Positions 17,153 to 28,883 of a DNA stretch of 30,554 nt are shown piece after piece. This stretch comes from Ignavibacteria bacterium (lineage in GTDB: Bacteria; Bacteroidota; Ignavibacteria; Ignavibacteriales; Melioribacteraceae), in NCBI GenBank assembly GCA_011049495.1, contig DSBF01000034.1:1-30554 (forward strand), written 5' to 3'. Position 1 is the stretch's first letter. Every line of letters begins with the position of its first letter. Both the position numbers and the translations under genes were made by a program. Under the pieces are notes generated by a model that did no database searches, was not told the origin of the DNA, and saw only the letters and a list, made by a program, of their open reading frames with translations.

Positions 17153-17437
17153 TTACTTTTTTGATGCCTTTTCAGCTTTAGTTCCCGGATGACCTCTAAA
17201 TATTCTGGTCGGTGCAAACTCACCGAGTTTATGACCAACCATGTTTTCCGAAATATAGACCGGAATCATTTTATTACCATTATGAACTGCGATTGTATGT
17301 CCTACAAATTCAGGCGAAATGGTAGTTGATCTTGACCATGTTTTAATAATCTTTTTTTGATTCTTTTCGTTTAATTCTTGAACCTTTTTAAGAAGTTTTA
17401 CACTTATAAATGGTCCTTTTTTAACTGATCTTGGCAT
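17153..17437 (-). CDS. rpsS: 30S ribosomal protein S19
   Basis: [41 protein letters not shown]. Confidence 0.99.
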   Translation of the reverse strand: MPRSVKKGPFISVKLLKKVQELNEKNQKKIIKTWSRSTTISPEFVGHTIAVHNGNKMIPVYISENMVGHKLGEFAPTRIFRGHPGTKAEKASKK

Positions 17438-17447
17438 ATCTTAAACT

Positions 17448-18275
17448 CTAGCTTTTTCTTCTTTTAACAATATATTTATTAGATGGACTTTTTCTTTTTC
17501 TTGTTTTCAATCCTTTTGCTTTCTGACCCCATGGGGATACCGGATGCCCGCCTCCGGAAGTTCTGCCTTCACCACCACCCATTGGGTGATCTACCGGGTT
17601 CATTACAACACCGCGGACTTTTGGTCTTTTACCCAACCAGCGTGATCTACCTGCTTTTCCTAAACTAATATTTTCATGCACCGAATTTCCTACAGTACCA
17701 ATAGTAGCCATACATTCAATACTTACCATTCTAATTTCACCTGAGGGCAATTTTAATCTAGCATATTTACCTTCTTTGGCATTCAGCGAAATTTCAGTAC
17801 CAGCCGACCGTCCAATTTGAGCACCTTTACCAGGTTTAAGTTCTATGTTATGGATGATTGTTCCATCTGGAATATCTTTTAATTTAAGTGCGTTACCAAT
17901 TTTGATATCTGATTTAGAACCAGCAACAACAGTATCACCTACATTCAAACCATTAGGGGCAATTATGTATCTTTTTTCACCATCAGCATAATGCAGTAAA
18001 GCAATTCTAGCAGATCTATTTGGATCATATTCGATTGCAAAAACTTTTGCCGGTATATCGTATTTGTCTCTTTTGAAGTCAATTAAACGATATCTTCTTT
18101 TGTGTCCGCCGCCAATATGACGCGAAGTAATTCTACCTTTGTTATTTCTTCCACCGGATTTTTTTAACGGAGCAGTCAAAGCTTTCTCAGGCTTATCTTT
18201 TGAAACATTCTCAAAAGATGAGAAAGACATAAATCTTGTTCCGGGTGTATTTGGTTTTAATTTTCTAATAGCCAT
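17448..18275 (-). CDS. rplB: 50S ribosomal protein L2
   Basis: [52 protein letters not shown]. Confidence 0.99.
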   Translation of the reverse strand: MAIRKLKPNTPGTRFMSFSSFENVSKDKPEKALTAPLKKSGGRNNKGRITSRHIGGGHKRRYRLIDFKRDKYDIPAKVFAIEYDPNRSARIALLHYADGEKRYIIAPNGLNVGDTVVAGSKSDIKIGNALKLKDIPDGTIIHNIELKPGKGAQIGRSAGTEISLNAKEGKYARLKLPSGEIRMVSIECMATIGTVGNSVHENISLGKAGRSRWLGKRPKVRGVVMNPVDHPMGGGEGRTSGGGHPVSPWGQKAKGLKTRKRKSPSNKYIVKRRKS

Positions 18276-18293
18276 TTAAAAAACTCCAATTCC

Positions 18294-18590
18294 TTAAGCT
18301 TCGCCAAATAAATCTATTGATTGACCTTCTTTCAATTTAACAATTGCCTTTTTGTATCTAGGGGTTTTACCGGTAAATCTGCCTTTACGAGTAAATTGTG
18401 TTCTGGTTTTCCCTTTATACTTAATAGTGTTGACATCAATAACATCAACATCAAATTTGTCTTTGATTGCCTTAATTATTTCAATTTTATTAGCGTTATA
18501 ATCCACTACAAAACCGTATTTATTGGTTTCCCTTTCTGAAATTTCAGTCATTTTTTCGGTTATCAATGGTCTTATTAAAACGTTTCGCAT
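18294..18590 (-). CDS. rplW: 50S ribosomal protein L23
   Basis: PLITEK, ANKIEI..AI...FDV.V..VNT, KKAIVKL..GQSI. Confidence 0.98.
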   Translation of the reverse strand: MRNVLIRPLITEKMTEISERETNKYGFVVDYNANKIEIIKAIKDKFDVDVIDVNTIKYKGKTRTQFTRKGRFTGKTPRYKKAIVKLKEGQSIDLFGEA

Positions 18591-18604
18591 TTCTAGGCCA
18601 ATAA

Positions 18605-19231
18605 TTAGTTTAATGAATTTTGAATTTCTTCTACCGCACTTTTCTGTAGCAACAACAATTGATTATTAACTAAATCATAAGTTGATGCATTTGAAGCTTC
18701 CAAAATGCTTAATTTTGGTAAATTTCTACCTGATAAATAAACTTTTTGACGATTGCCAGCAGTTAATAGCAAAGTTTTCTTTCCATTAATTTTTAACGCA
18801 GATAAAATGTTTAACAATTCTTTTGTTTTTGGTGAATCAAAATCAAAATCTTCCACAACAATAATTTGATCTGCTTTTGCTTTGTATGACAGAGCTGATT
18901 TTCTTGCAAGTTGTAAAACTTTTTTATTCAATTTTTGTCGATAATTACGTGGTCTTGGTCCGAAAATGGTACCGCCGCCAACCCAAAGAGGTGATCTGGT
19001 TGTTCCGGCTCTTGCACCGCCTCTTCCTTTTTGTTTCCAAGGCTTTCTTCCTCCACCCCTAACTTCAGCTCTCTCTTTTGCCTTGTGTGTACCCTGTCTT
19101 TGGTTCGCTAAAAAAGCTTTCACTGCTAAATAAATAACATGATCATTAGGTTCTATGCCGAAAATATCATCGGATAATTCAACTTTGCTGCTTGATTTCG
19201 AACCGTCTATTTTATAAACATCAACTTTCAT
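18605..19231 (-). CDS. rplD: 50S ribosomal protein L4
   Basis: [42 protein letters not shown]. Confidence 0.99.
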   Translation of the reverse strand: MKVDVYKIDGSKSSSKVELSDDIFGIEPNDHVIYLAVKAFLANQRQGTHKAKERAEVRGGGRKPWKQKGRGGARAGTTRSPLWVGGGTIFGPRPRNYRQKLNKKVLQLARKSALSYKAKADQIIVVEDFDFDSPKTKELLNILSALKINGKKTLLLTAGNRQKVYLSGRNLPKLSILEASNASTYDLVNNQLLLLQKSAVEEIQNSLN

Positions 19232-19241
19232 TTCAGTACCA

Positions 19242-19862
19242 CTACTTATTAATTTCTAAGAATGAATTAATTGAGCCAGGAACAGCACCTTTTACCATAA
19301 TTATATTCTTTTCCGGTATAATCTTTACAACTTTTAATTTACCGCTGGTAACACGTTGATAACCGGTTCTTCCTGCCATTTTTGTACCTTTAAATACTTT
19401 TGAAGGATCGGAACTTGAACCAATGGAACCCGGTGCTCTTAATCTATCGCTTTGACCGTGAGTTGTACCACCTACACCTCTAAAACCGTGTCGACGCATA
19501 ACACCCTGAAATCCTTTACCTTTACTCATACCGGAAACCTTAACACTATCTCCCTCTTGAAAAATCTCAACATTAATAGAATCACCAATCTTGTAATCAT
19601 CACCATTAAAATTCTTAAATTCTCTCAATAACCGCGGTGGTTTTAAACCATTTTTTGAGAAAACAGCCAATTGAGCTTTAGCAGTTCTCTTTTCTTTCTT
19701 CTCACCAAAGCCAAGCTGAATAGCCGTGTAACCATCCTTATCCCTTGTTCTTATAGCGTAAACAGGACAGGGTCCAGCTTCAATTACTGTTACCGGAACA
19801 GACTTTCCATCCGGCAAAAATACCGAAGTCATTCCAAGTTTTTTTCCTAACAATCCGGGCAT
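19242..19862 (-). CDS. rplC: 50S ribosomal protein L3
   Basis: GLLGKKLGMT, PVTVIEAGP, SKGKGFQGVMRRHGF, RAPGSIG, VKGAVPG. Confidence 0.99.
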   Translation of the reverse strand: MPGLLGKKLGMTSVFLPDGKSVPVTVIEAGPCPVYAIRTRDKDGYTAIQLGFGEKKEKRTAKAQLAVFSKNGLKPPRLLREFKNFNGDDYKIGDSINVEIFQEGDSVKVSGMSKGKGFQGVMRRHGFRGVGGTTHGQSDRLRAPGSIGSSSDPSKVFKGTKMAGRTGYQRVTSGKLKVVKIIPEKNIIMVKGAVPGSINSFLEINK

Positions 19863-19873
19863 TTTAAAAATCC

Positions 19874-20182
19874 TTATAACTTAATCTCAATATCTACACC
19901 CGCCGGTATATCAAGTTTACTAAGAGAATCGACGGTTTTGTTATTCGAGTTATGAATATCAATAATTCTTTTGTGTGCTCTAATCTCAAATTGTTCACGC
20001 GATTTTTTATCTACGTGAGGAGATCTCAAAACAGTAAATACTGTTCTACGGGTTGGTAAGGGAATAGGACCAGAAACAACTGCACCCGTACTTTTAACAG
20101 TCTTAATAATCTTTTCAGTAGATTTATCTATCAGTATATGATCGTAAGATTTTAGCTTTATTCTGATCTTTTGACCTGGCAC
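19874..20182 (-). CDS. rpsJ: 30S ribosomal protein S10
   Basis: [33 protein letters not shown]. Start corrected to GTG 20182 with SD AAGGAG upstream. Confidence 0.98.
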   Translation of the reverse strand: MPGQKIRIKLKSYDHILIDKSTEKIIKTVKSTGAVVSGPIPLPTRRTVFTVLRSPHVDKKSREQFEIRAHKRIIDIHNSNNKTVDSLSKLDIPAGVDIEIKL

Positions 20183-20209
20183 TTTGAATCTCTCCTTATT
20201 ATTCACACA

Positions 20210-20235
20210 GAGAGAAGGTTATAAAACCTTCTCTC
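20210..20235. promoter_or_regulatory. Perfect 11-bp inverted repeat between tuf and rpsJ
   Basis: gagagaaggtt-ataa-aaccttctctc. No U-tract follows on the coding (minus) strand, so its function is uncertain. Confidence 0.6.
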
Positions 20236-20261
20236 AATAGAAAAATATCTTTATTAACTTA

Positions 20262-21470
20262 TTATTCAAATATCTTCGTTACTAAACCGGCACCAACTGT
20301 TCTACCGCCTTCACGGATAGCGAAACGAAGACCTTCTTCCATAGCAATTTCTGAAATAAGTGTAACTTTAAGTTTTACTTTATCACCAGGCATAACCATT
20401 TCAGTACCTTCGGGCAATTCAGCAACACCTGTTACGTCTGTTGTTCTAAAATAAAACTGTGGTCTGTAACCTTGGAAAAACGGAGTATGACGACCGCCTT
20501 CTTCTTTTGATAAAATATAAACTTCACCTTCAAATACTTTATGAGGAGTTATTGAGCCGGTTTTTGCTAGAACCATTCCTCTTTCAATTTCTTTTTTATC
20601 AATACCGCGCAACAAGATACCTGCATTATCACCAGCCATAGCGGAATCGAGTTCTTTTCTAAACATCTCGACACCTGTTACAACTGTCTTTTTGTGCATA
20701 CCTAAACCGATTAATTCAACTTCTTCTTGAATTTTAACTTGACCTCTTTCAACTCTACCGGTAGCAACAGTACCACGACCAGTAATTGAGAAAACGTCTT
20801 CGACAGGCATCAAGAAAGGTTTATCAATATCTCTTGTAGGAATAGGAACATAACTATCAACAGCATCCATAAGCTCCCAAATACAATTCAATCTTTCATC
20901 GGTATCCGGTACAGAATCATCATTAGCAGCTTCCAATGCGTGAAGTGCACTTCCCTTGATTATAGGTATTTCATCACCAGGGAATTCATATTCATTCAAT
21001 AAGTCTCTTAACTCAACTTCAACTAATTCCAATAATTCCGCATCATCAACCATATCAACTTTGTTCATGAACACTACAATTTTCGGAACACCTACTTGAC
21101 GAGCAAGCAGAATGTGCTCTCTTGTCTGAGGCATAGGACCATCTGTAGCAGCAACAACAAGAATAGCGCCGTCCATCTGAGCAGCACCGGTAATCATATT
21201 TTTAACGTAGTCAGCGTGTCCCGGACAGTCAACGTGAGCATAGTGTCTATTTGCTGTAGAATACTCAACGTGAGCAGTAGCAATAGTAATACCACGTTCT
21301 TTTTCTTCAGGTGCATTGTCAATACTATCAAATGTTCTTTTTTCGGATAATCCTCTCTTAGACAAAGCCATTGTGATAGCAGCGGTAAGTGTTGTTTTAC
21401 CGTGGTCTACGTGACCAATAGTACCTATGTTAACGTGAGGTTTACTCCTATCAAATTTTTCTTTTGCCAT
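20262..21470 (-). CDS. tuf: Elongation factor Tu
   Basis: [40 protein letters not shown]. Confidence 0.99.
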   Translation of the reverse strand: MAKEKFDRSKPHVNIGTIGHVDHGKTTLTAAITMALSKRGLSEKRTFDSIDNAPEEKERGITIATAHVEYSTANRHYAHVDCPGHADYVKNMITGAAQMDGAILVVAATDGPMPQTREHILLARQVGVPKIVVFMNKVDMVDDAELLELVEVELRDLLNEYEFPGDEIPIIKGSALHALEAANDDSVPDTDERLNCIWELMDAVDSYVPIPTRDIDKPFLMPVEDVFSITGRGTVATGRVERGQVKIQEEVELIGLGMHKKTVVTGVEMFRKELDSAMAGDNAGILLRGIDKKEIERGMVLAKTGSITPHKVFEGEVYILSKEEGGRHTPFFQGYRPQFYFRTTDVTGVAELPEGTEMVMPGDKVKLKVTLISEIAMEEGLRFAIREGGRTVGAGLVTKIFE

Positions 21471-21518
21471 CGAATTCTCCTTCTTATTTTGCTATTTATT
21501 ATTGATTTCCAATTTTAA

Positions 21519-23621
21519 TTATACTGATGCTGCTGATTTTTTTGATCCGGTTTTTTCAGAAATCTCATCTGAAATTGATTTAGGAACTTCAGAATAATGA
21601 GAAAATTCCATTGAATATATTGCTCGACCTTGAGTCATCGATCTCAAGGTTGTTGCATACCCAAACATTTCTGCCAAAGGAACCAACCCGCGAATAACTT
21701 GTGCATCTTTTCTTGCTGAAAAACCTTCTATTTTTCCTCTTCTACTGTTTAGGTCTCCCATCACATCGCCTAAATACTCTTCAGGGGTAATTACCTCAAC
21801 CCTCATCATTGGCTCTAATAAAATAGGACTTGCTTTTCGCGCAGCATCTTTAAAAGCCATTGACCCGGCAACTTTAAATGACATTTCATCAGAATCAACA
21901 TCGTGATACGAACCATCAAACAATTTAATTTTAACGTCAACAACAGGATAACCCGCAATAACACCATTTCTCATAGCTTCTTGAATACCATTTGAAACCG
22001 CAGGGATATACTCTTTAGGCACAGACCCACCAACTATAGCATTTTCAAATTCATAACCTTTACCAGGTTCGTTAGGTGAAACTTCTATCCAAACATGACC
22101 AAATTTACCACGACCACCACTTTGCTTAACAAATTTTCCTTCTTGTTGAACAGACTTTGAAATAGTTTCTCGATAAGCAACCTGAGGTTTACCAACATTT
22201 GCCTCAACTTTAAATTCTCTTTTCATTCGATCTACAAGAATCTCCAAGTGAAGTTCGCCCATACCGCTAATCAAAGTTTGTCCGGTTTCACTATCAACTT
22301 TTACTTTGAATGTCGGGTCTTCATCAGATAATTTTGCTAATGCATCAGACAATTTATCTTGATCTGCTTTTGTTTTTGGTTCGATGGCAATCTCAATAAC
22401 CGGCAACGGGAAGTCCATTTTCTCTAAAACAATTGAATCTTTTTCTTCGCAAAGTGTATCGCCTGTTTTTGTGAATTTTAGACCGACAATCGCAGCAATA
22501 TCACCGGCTCTTAAATAATCTCGATCGGTTCTTGAGTTGGCATGCATTTCTAAAATTCGCCCAACTCTTTCTTTTTTATCAGAAATAGAATTATAAACAT
22601 ATGAGCCTGCATCTAATCTACCACTATAAACTCTAATGAAAGTAACCTTCCCAACAAAAGGATCGGTCATTATTTTAAAAGCTAAAGCAGAAAATTTAGC
22701 ATCTTCATCAGGTCTAACTAAAACTTTATCATCCTTATCAACATGATGAGCATAAATTTCTCCAACATCCTTGGGTGAAGGCAGGAAGTCAACGACTGCA
22801 TCAAGGAGTTTTTGAACACCTTTATTTTTGAAAGAAGAACCGCAAAGTACGGGTACAATTTTGTTAAGAATTGTAGCTTCGCGTAAAACTTTTTTAACTT
22901 CTGCCGAGGATAATTCTTCTCCATCTAAATATTTAACTAAAAGGGTATCGTCAATCTCAGAAACTGCTTCCAGCATTTGTGTTCTATATTTACTAGCAAG
23001 CGGCAGCAGATCATTAGGAATTTCTACATCTTCAAAAGTCGAACCGAAATTTTCTTCTTGATACATTCTAGCGGTCATTGTCATTAAATCTATAACACCG
23101 GTAAAAAGATCACCTTCGCCTATCGGCAAAGTTATCGGGACTGCATTGGCTCCAAGTCTTTCTTTCATCATTTGTATAACGTTATAATAATCAGCACCAA
23201 CTCGATCCATCTTATTCACGAATGCAATTCTTGGGACATTATATTTATCTGCTTGTCTCCAAACAGTTTCAGACTGTGGTTCAACACCCCCAACCGCACA
23301 GAAAAGAGCAACTGCTCCATCTAATACTCTTAGTGATCTTTCAACTTCTACTGTAAAATCAACGTGACCGGGAGTATCAATAATATTTATTTGATGATCT
23401 GCCCAATGGCATGAAGTTGCAGCAGAAGTAATGGTAATACCACGTTCTTTTTCTTGCTCCATCCAATCCATTGTTGCAGCGCCATCATGTACTTCACCCA
23501 TTCGATGCAATCTACCCGTGTAGAACAAAATTCTTTCGGTAGTAGTAGTTTTACCGGCATCGATATGAGCCATAATACCTATATTTCTTAATTTCGTTAT
23601 GTCGACTCTTTTTTCTGACAT
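21519..23621 (-). CDS. fusA: Elongation factor G
   Basis: [47 protein letters not shown]. Confidence 0.99.
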   Translation of the reverse strand: MSEKRVDITKLRNIGIMAHIDAGKTTTTERILFYTGRLHRMGEVHDGAATMDWMEQEKERGITITSAATSCHWADHQINIIDTPGHVDFTVEVERSLRVLDGAVALFCAVGGVEPQSETVWRQADKYNVPRIAFVNKMDRVGADYYNVIQMMKERLGANAVPITLPIGEGDLFTGVIDLMTMTARMYQEENFGSTFEDVEIPNDLLPLASKYRTQMLEAVSEIDDTLLVKYLDGEELSSAEVKKVLREATILNKIVPVLCGSSFKNKGVQKLLDAVVDFLPSPKDVGEIYAHHVDKDDKVLVRPDEDAKFSALAFKIMTDPFVGKVTFIRVYSGRLDAGSYVYNSISDKKERVGRILEMHANSRTDRDYLRAGDIAAIVGLKFTKTGDTLCEEKDSIVLEKMDFPLPVIEIAIEPKTKADQDKLSDALAKLSDEDPTFKVKVDSETGQTLISGMGELHLEILVDRMKREFKVEANVGKPQVAYRETISKSVQQEGKFVKQSGGRGKFGHVWIEVSPNEPGKGYEFENAIVGGSVPKEYIPAVSNGIQEAMRNGVIAGYPVVDVKIKLFDGSYHDVDSDEMSFKVAGSMAFKDAARKASPILLEPMMRVEVITPEEYLGDVMGDLNSRRGKIEGFSARKDAQVIRGLVPLAEMFGYATTLRSMTQGRAIYSMEFSHYSEVPKSISDEISEKTGSKKSAASV

Positions 23622-23647
23622 TTTAACTTCTTAGAACCTTTCTATTG

Positions 23648-24115
23648 TTACCACTTAAAATGAGCAAAAGCTTTATTCGCTTCAGCCATTCTATGTGTAT
23701 CTTCTTTTTTCTTAACTGAAGAACCTTCACCTTGTGAAGCAGCAATTAATTCTGCGGCTAATTTCAGAGCCATTGATTTATCTTTTCTGTCTCTCGAATA
23801 ATTCCTTATCCATCTCATAGCAAGAGAAGTTCTTCTTTGAGGTCGAACTTCCATCGGCACTTGATAAGTAGCACCGCCAACTCTCCTGCTTCGAACCTCA
23901 ACCATAGGCGAAACATTCTGAATCGCTTTTTGGAAAACTTCCAATGCTGGTTTTTTGGTTCTTTGTTCGATTATTTCAAAGCTATCATAAACCATATTCC
24001 GCGTAACCGATTTTTTACCATCAAGCATCATATAGTTAATAAACTTCGAAACCAAAATATCGTTGAATTTTGGATCGGGTTTTACAAATCTTTTTTCAGC
24101 TCTTCTTTTTCTCAT
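23648..24115 (-). CDS. rpsG: 30S ribosomal protein S7
   Basis: [34 protein letters not shown]. Confidence 0.99.
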   Translation of the reverse strand: MRKRRAEKRFVKPDPKFNDILVSKFINYMMLDGKKSVTRNMVYDSFEIIEQRTKKPALEVFQKAIQNVSPMVEVRSRRVGGATYQVPMEVRPQRRTSLAMRWIRNYSRDRKDKSMALKLAAELIAASQGEGSSVKKKEDTHRMAEANKAFAHFKW

Positions 24116-24123
24116 ATCTCAAA

Positions 24124-24501
24124 TTATTTTGCTTTTGGTTTTTTAGTACCGTATTTAGAACGACCTTGTTTTCTATCTTCAACACCACTTGTATCAAGAG
24201 TACCACGAAGAATATGGTAACGAACTCCTGGTAAATCCTTTACTCTTCCGCCTCTAATTAAAACAATAGAGTGTTCTTGAAGGTTATGTCCTTCACCTGG
24301 AATATAAGCAGTAACCTCAATTTGATTTGTCAATCTTACTCTGGCAACTTTACGCAAAGCCGAATTAGGTTTTTTGGGAGTTGTAGTATAAACCCTGGTA
24401 CATACACCTCTTTTTTGGGGGCAATTTTGCAAAGCCGGAGCTTTACTTTTTACCTTAACCTCTTTTCTCCCTTTTCTAATCAACTGACTTATTGTCGGCA
24501 C
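24124..24501 (-). CDS. rpsL: 30S ribosomal protein S12
   Basis: [39 protein letters not shown] start with SD GGAGG. Confidence 0.99.
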   Translation of the reverse strand: MPTISQLIRKGRKEVKVKSKAPALQNCPQKRGVCTRVYTTTPKKPNSALRKVARVRLTNQIEVTAYIPGEGHNLQEHSIVLIRGGRVKDLPGVRYHILRGTLDTSGVEDRKQGRSKYGTKKPKAK

Positions 24502-24551
24502 TTATTTTCCTCCAAAATTTTGGGTCGTTTCGTATAAAAAAACAGACTCAA

Positions 24552-24580
24552 AATTTACCATTATTTTAATTTATTGTCAA
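24552..24580 (-). promoter_or_regulatory. Sigma70-type promoter of the str operon
   Basis: Minus strand reads TTGACA (24580-24575), 17-nt spacer, TAAATT (24557-24552) with extended -10 TGn, and AT-rich sequence upstream. Confidence 0.72.
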
Positions 24581-24618
24581 TATTCGCTACTTAAATATAA
24601 TTCGAAGAACCTAAGTAA

Positions 24619-27600
24619 TTACTTAGATTCTTCTATTTTTTCTTTAGTTTCTTCAACCGCTTCAATTTCGGGTTCATCGCCCACCACAATAAGTTTCTTG
24701 TATTTCTTAAGCCCGGTACCTGCCGGTATTAAATGACCCATAACAACATTTTCTTTTAAACCAATAAGTGTATCTTCTTTTGCTGTGATGGCAGCATTGG
24801 TTAATACTTTTGTTGTTTCTTGGAATGATGCGGCAGATATCCAACTTTCTGTTGAAAGTGCAGCTTGAGTAATTCCTAATAGAATATTATCAAAGGTTGC
24901 AGGATCGGCATCACGAACTTCAAGCGGAGCCTTGTCTTTCTTTTTCAGATCTGCATTTATCTCACGAACTTTTGCTTTTGTAATCAATTGACCGGTTTTC
25001 AATTTAGAATCTCCGGGTTCAACAACAAAGACCAAATGCTGAACTGTTTCATTTTCTTCATTGAACTTAACTCTATCAACAAGATCCTCATCAATAAAGG
25101 AGGTATCGCCGGAAGAAATGACGCGAAGTTTCTGTAGCATTTGTTTTACTATAACTTCAATGTGTTTATCATTTATCTTAACACCTTGTAATCGATATAC
25201 ATCTTGAATTTCGTTTACAAGATACTCTTGAACCGCATTAGTTCCTTTAATTTTAAGAATATCATGAGGATCAATCGGTCCATCGGTTATCTTTTCACCT
25301 GCCGGAATTTCATCTCCTTCTTGAACAAGAATGTGTTTTCCGTAAGGGACATTGTAAACCTTCTGAATCGATCCATCCAAAGAATCAACAATTATTTCTC
25401 GTGATCCTTTTTTCTTGGCTCCGAATTTAACTATACCCTCAATTTCAGAAACAACTGCAGGATCGTGAGGACTTCGAGCTTCAAACAATTCGGTTACTCT
25501 CGGAAGACCGCCGGTTATATCTCGTGTCTTCGAAGCTGATTTAGAAATCTTAGCCAAAATAGTACCAGCCTGAACTTTCTCTCCTTCATCAACAGATAAA
25601 TATGCCTTTGTCGGAAGGTTGAATACTTTTTGTTCACCACTGTCGGTTGTAATAACAATACTTGGTGTTAACGTTTTATCTTTAGATTCGGTAACAACTT
25701 TCTGAACGTGACCGGTTTGTTCATCTGCAACTTGCTGAATTGTTACGTTATCAATTAAATCAACAAATGATATGACCCCGGCTGAGTCGGTTAGTATTAA
25801 GGAATTGTAAGGATCGTGGTTATAAAGTGCTTGACCTTTTTTAACTTTTTGTCCGTCTTCAACCATAAGTTCGGCACCATAAGGAATATCGAACTTTTTA
25901 ATTTGTCTCATATCATCATCTAAAATTCCAATTGAGCCACGGCGACCAATAACAACTTTAACTTTTCCGAAGAAGTCGGTTTTTTCGGCATAATTAATTC
26001 GGTCAAATTTAACTTGACCGGAAATGTTAGTTTCAACTTGAGATTGTGAAGCAATACGAGAGGAAGTTCCACCTAAGTGGAATGTTCTTAATGTAAGCTG
26101 AGTTCCGGGTTCACCGATTGACTGAGCCGCAATAATTCCGACAGCTTCACCAATTTCTACTAAGTGACCTGTAGTAAGGTTACGACCATAACATTTAGAA
26201 CAAACGCCTCTTTTGGATTCGCAAGTAAGTACAGTTCTGATGTATACTGAATCAATATTGGAATCATCTATTCGTTCAGCAATTTCTTCTGTAATCATTT
26301 CTCCAGCTTCAATTATCAAATCATCTGTGCGGGGGTCATAAATATCTTCTTGTGCAACACGACCGATGATTCTTTCTGCAAGCGGTTCTCTTTCCAATTC
26401 AATATCTTTGAGGGCGGATATGTAAACACCTCTAATAGTTCCGCAATCAACCTCTGAAACAATCACATCCTGAGCAACGTCGCATAATCTTCTGGTTAAA
26501 TAACCAGCATCGGCTGTTTTCAACGCAGTATCAGCAAGACCTTTACGTGCACCGTGTGTTGAAATAAAGTATTCAAGCACCGATAAACCTTCCTTAAAGT
26601 TAGCGACAATCGGGTTCTCAATAATTTCGCCTGATTGACCAGTTAAACTTTTTTGAGGTTTCATCATAAGACCTCTCATGCCTGCAAGCTGCCTAACCTG
26701 CTCTTGAGAACCTCTTGCACCTGAGTCAACCATCATATGCACTGAGTTAAAACCACCTTGGTCGGTTCTAATTTTATCCATTAATGATTTAGCAACGTTA
26801 TTTGTGGTATGTGTCCAAACGTCAATAATCTTATTATACCTTTCGGCATCGGTAATCAATCCTTGCTCATGCTCATTTAAAATCTGGCTAACTTTAGCAT
26901 TTGAATCAGTAATTAATTTTTTCTTTTCTTCTGGTATAATCATATCGCTGTAGCTGATAGAGATACCAGCTGCAGTTGAATATCTATAACCGAGTTCTTT
27001 TAAATCATCCAGGAATTTAGCAGTCTTTTCGTTCCCGATTTTTATAAACATATTATAAATGAATCCACTGAATATCTTTTTAACAAGAAGCTCATTAAAG
27101 AAGCCCATTTCTTCGGGGACAATTTCATTAAATATAACTCTACCAACAGTTGTTTCAATAAATTCATTTTTGATCTTTACTTTAATCTTTGCATGAAGTT
27201 CTAAAACTTTAGTATTATAGGCAATCATAACTTCTTCCGGATTACTAAAGATCATTCCTTCTCCTTTAGCGCCTGCTTTAGTCTTGGTTAGATAGTAACA
27301 ACCAAGAACTATATCTTGAGTAGGAACAACAATTGGAGAACCATTCTGAGGAGATAATATATTGTGACTTGAAAGCATTAAAAGAGATGCTTCCAACTGC
27401 GCCTCATAAGATAAAGGCACGTGCACAGCCATTTGGTCACCGTCAAAGTCAGCGTTGAACGCAGTACAAACCATTGGATGCAACTGAATAGCTTTACCGT
27501 CGATTAAGATTGGTTGAAAAGCTTGTATACCTAGTCTATGCAATGTTGGTGCACGGTTAAGCAGAACCGGATGACCATCGATTAATTTTTCAAGTATATC

Positions 27601-28860
27601 CCAAATTACAGGATCTTTTCTATCAACTGCTTTACGAGAACTTTTTACAGTTTTGTAATGTCCTCTTTCAATCAATTTACGAATTATAAACGGCTTGAAA
27701 AGTTCAACAGCCATGTCCTTCGGCAAACCGCATTGATGCAGTTTCAATTCGGGACCAACAACAATTACAGAACGACCCGAATAATCAACACGTTTACCGA
27801 GCAAGTTTTGACGGAAACGACCCTGCTTACCTTTAAGCATATCGCTTAAAGATTTCAATGGTCTGTTACCATCACTTCTTACCGCACTTGTTCTTCTGGA
27901 ATTATCAAAAAGTGCATCGACAGATTCTTGAAGCATTCTTTTTTCGTTACGTAAGATTACTTCAGGAGCTTTAATGTCAATTAATCTTTTTAATCTGTTG
28001 TTGCGGATAATTACTCTTCTGTAAAGATCATTAAGATCGGATGTAGCAAATCTTCCACCTTCAAGCGGAACAAGAGGTCTTAGTTCAGGTGGAATGACAG
28101 GTACAACACTCTGTACCATCCACTCAGGTTTATTAGGAACTTTACCTTCTCGCTCTCTGAAAGCTTCCAAAACACGAAGTCTTTTTAGAAGATCATTTCT
28201 TTTTTGCTGTGAAGTTTCTTCTTTAAGTTGAGCTTTCAATTCCAAAAATGTTTGTTCAACATTGGTAGCTTTTAAAAGAATTTTGACAGCTTCACCACCA
28301 ATTTTTGCAATGAACTTCTTCGGATCATCATTTTCTAATGAATCATTTTCATGAGGAAGCGAACTAAGAATTTCGAAATATTGATCTTCCGAAATTAAGT
28401 CTAAAAAATTAAGTCCGGTTGGACCGGGATTAATTACAACATAGGATTCGTAGTAAATTATTTTTTCTAATTCTTTAGTAGTAAGCCCTATAATGTTACC
28501 AATTTTGGACGGAAGAGCTTTAAAGAACCAGATATGAACAACCGGAACTGCAAGTGCGATATGCCCCATTCGCTCTCTACGCACAGCTTTTAAAGTAACT
28601 TCAACACCGCATCTATCGCAAACAATTCCTTTATATCTAATACCTTTATATTTTCCGCATGCACATTCCCAATCTTTCACCGGACCGAAAATCTTCTCAC
28701 AAAACAAACCATCTTTTTCTGGTCTAAAAGAACGATAATTAATAGTTTCCGGTTTAGTAACTTCACCGTGTGATCTTGACAAAATATCATCAGGACTAGC
28801 TAAACTAATTGTCAATTGGTTAATGTGTTTAATTTTATGTTCTTGAGCTTTAAATCTCAT
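24619..28860 (-). CDS. rpoC: RNA polymerase beta' subunit
   Basis: N-terminal Zn finger (ECACGKYK...CDRC), catalytic NADFDGD, trigger loop QLTLRTFH, and a second Zn site (LTCE...CSKCYG). Confidence 0.99.
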   Translation of the reverse strand: MRFKAQEHKIKHINQLTISLASPDDILSRSHGEVTKPETINYRSFRPEKDGLFCEKIFGPVKDWECACGKYKGIRYKGIVCDRCGVEVTLKAVRRERMGHIALAVPVVHIWFFKALPSKIGNIIGLTTKELEKIIYYESYVVINPGPTGLNFLDLISEDQYFEILSSLPHENDSLENDDPKKFIAKIGGEAVKILLKATNVEQTFLELKAQLKEETSQQKRNDLLKRLRVLEAFREREGKVPNKPEWMVQSVVPVIPPELRPLVPLEGGRFATSDLNDLYRRVIIRNNRLKRLIDIKAPEVILRNEKRMLQESVDALFDNSRRTSAVRSDGNRPLKSLSDMLKGKQGRFRQNLLGKRVDYSGRSVIVVGPELKLHQCGLPKDMAVELFKPFIIRKLIERGHYKTVKSSRKAVDRKDPVIWDILEKLIDGHPVLLNRAPTLHRLGIQAFQPILIDGKAIQLHPMVCTAFNADFDGDQMAVHVPLSYEAQLEASLLMLSSHNILSPQNGSPIVVPTQDIVLGCYYLTKTKAGAKGEGMIFSNPEEVMIAYNTKVLELHAKIKVKIKNEFIETTVGRVIFNEIVPEEMGFFNELLVKKIFSGFIYNMFIKIGNEKTAKFLDDLKELGYRYSTAAGISISYSDMIIPEEKKKLITDSNAKVSQILNEHEQGLITDAERYNKIIDVWTHTTNNVAKSLMDKIRTDQGGFNSVHMMVDSGARGSQEQVRQLAGMRGLMMKPQKSLTGQSGEIIENPIVANFKEGLSVLEYFISTHGARKGLADTALKTADAGYLTRRLCDVAQDVIVSEVDCGTIRGVYISALKDIELEREPLAERIIGRVAQEDIYDPRTDDLIIEAGEMITEEIAERIDDSNIDSVYIRTVLTCESKRGVCSKCYGRNLTTGHLVEIGEAVGIIAAQSIGEPGTQLTLRTFHLGGTSSRIASQSQVETNISGQVKFDRINYAEKTDFFGKVKVVIGRRGSIGILDDDMRQIKKFDIPYGAELMVEDGQKVKKGQALYNHDPYNSLILTDSAGVISFVDLIDNVTIQQVADEQTGHVQKVVTESKDKTLTPSIVITTDSGEQKVFNLPTKAYLSVDEGEKVQAGTILAKISKSASKTRDITGGLPRVTELFEARSPHDPAVVSEIEGIVKFGAKKKGSREIIVDSLDGSIQKVYNVPYGKHILVQEGDEIPAGEKITDGPIDPHDILKIKGTNAVQEYLVNEIQDVYRLQGVKINDKHIEVIVKQMLQKLRVISSGDTSFIDEDLVDRVKFNEENETVQHLVFVVEPGDSKLKTGQLITKAKVREINADLKKKDKAPLEVRDADPATFDNILLGITQAALSTESWISAASFQETTKVLTNAAITAKEDTLIGLKENVVMGHLIPAGTGLKKYKKLIVVGDEPEIEAVEETKEKIEESK

Positions 28861-28883
28861 GTGAATCTCCTAAAAAAGTTTAA

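Noticed and set aside
16110-20206. Apparent N-terminal extensions on L16, S3 and S10 (and YihA) in the ORF track
   Set aside because: These are artefacts of longest-ORF start calling. SD spacing and family N-termini support starts at 16110, 16773 and 20182 (and 5114 for YihA).
21286-23455. 22-nt exact repeat gtaataccacgttctttttctt in tuf (21286-21307) and fusA (23434-23455)
   Set aside because: It encodes the shared switch-I motif EKERGIT using preferred codons. Protein homology plus codon bias explains it without gene conversion.
24512-24523. 12-bp palindrome CCAAAATTTTGG overlapping the rpsL SD
   Set aside because: It is mostly A/T in an AT-rich genome and would give only a 4-bp RNA stem. 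Plausibly chance, with no further support.
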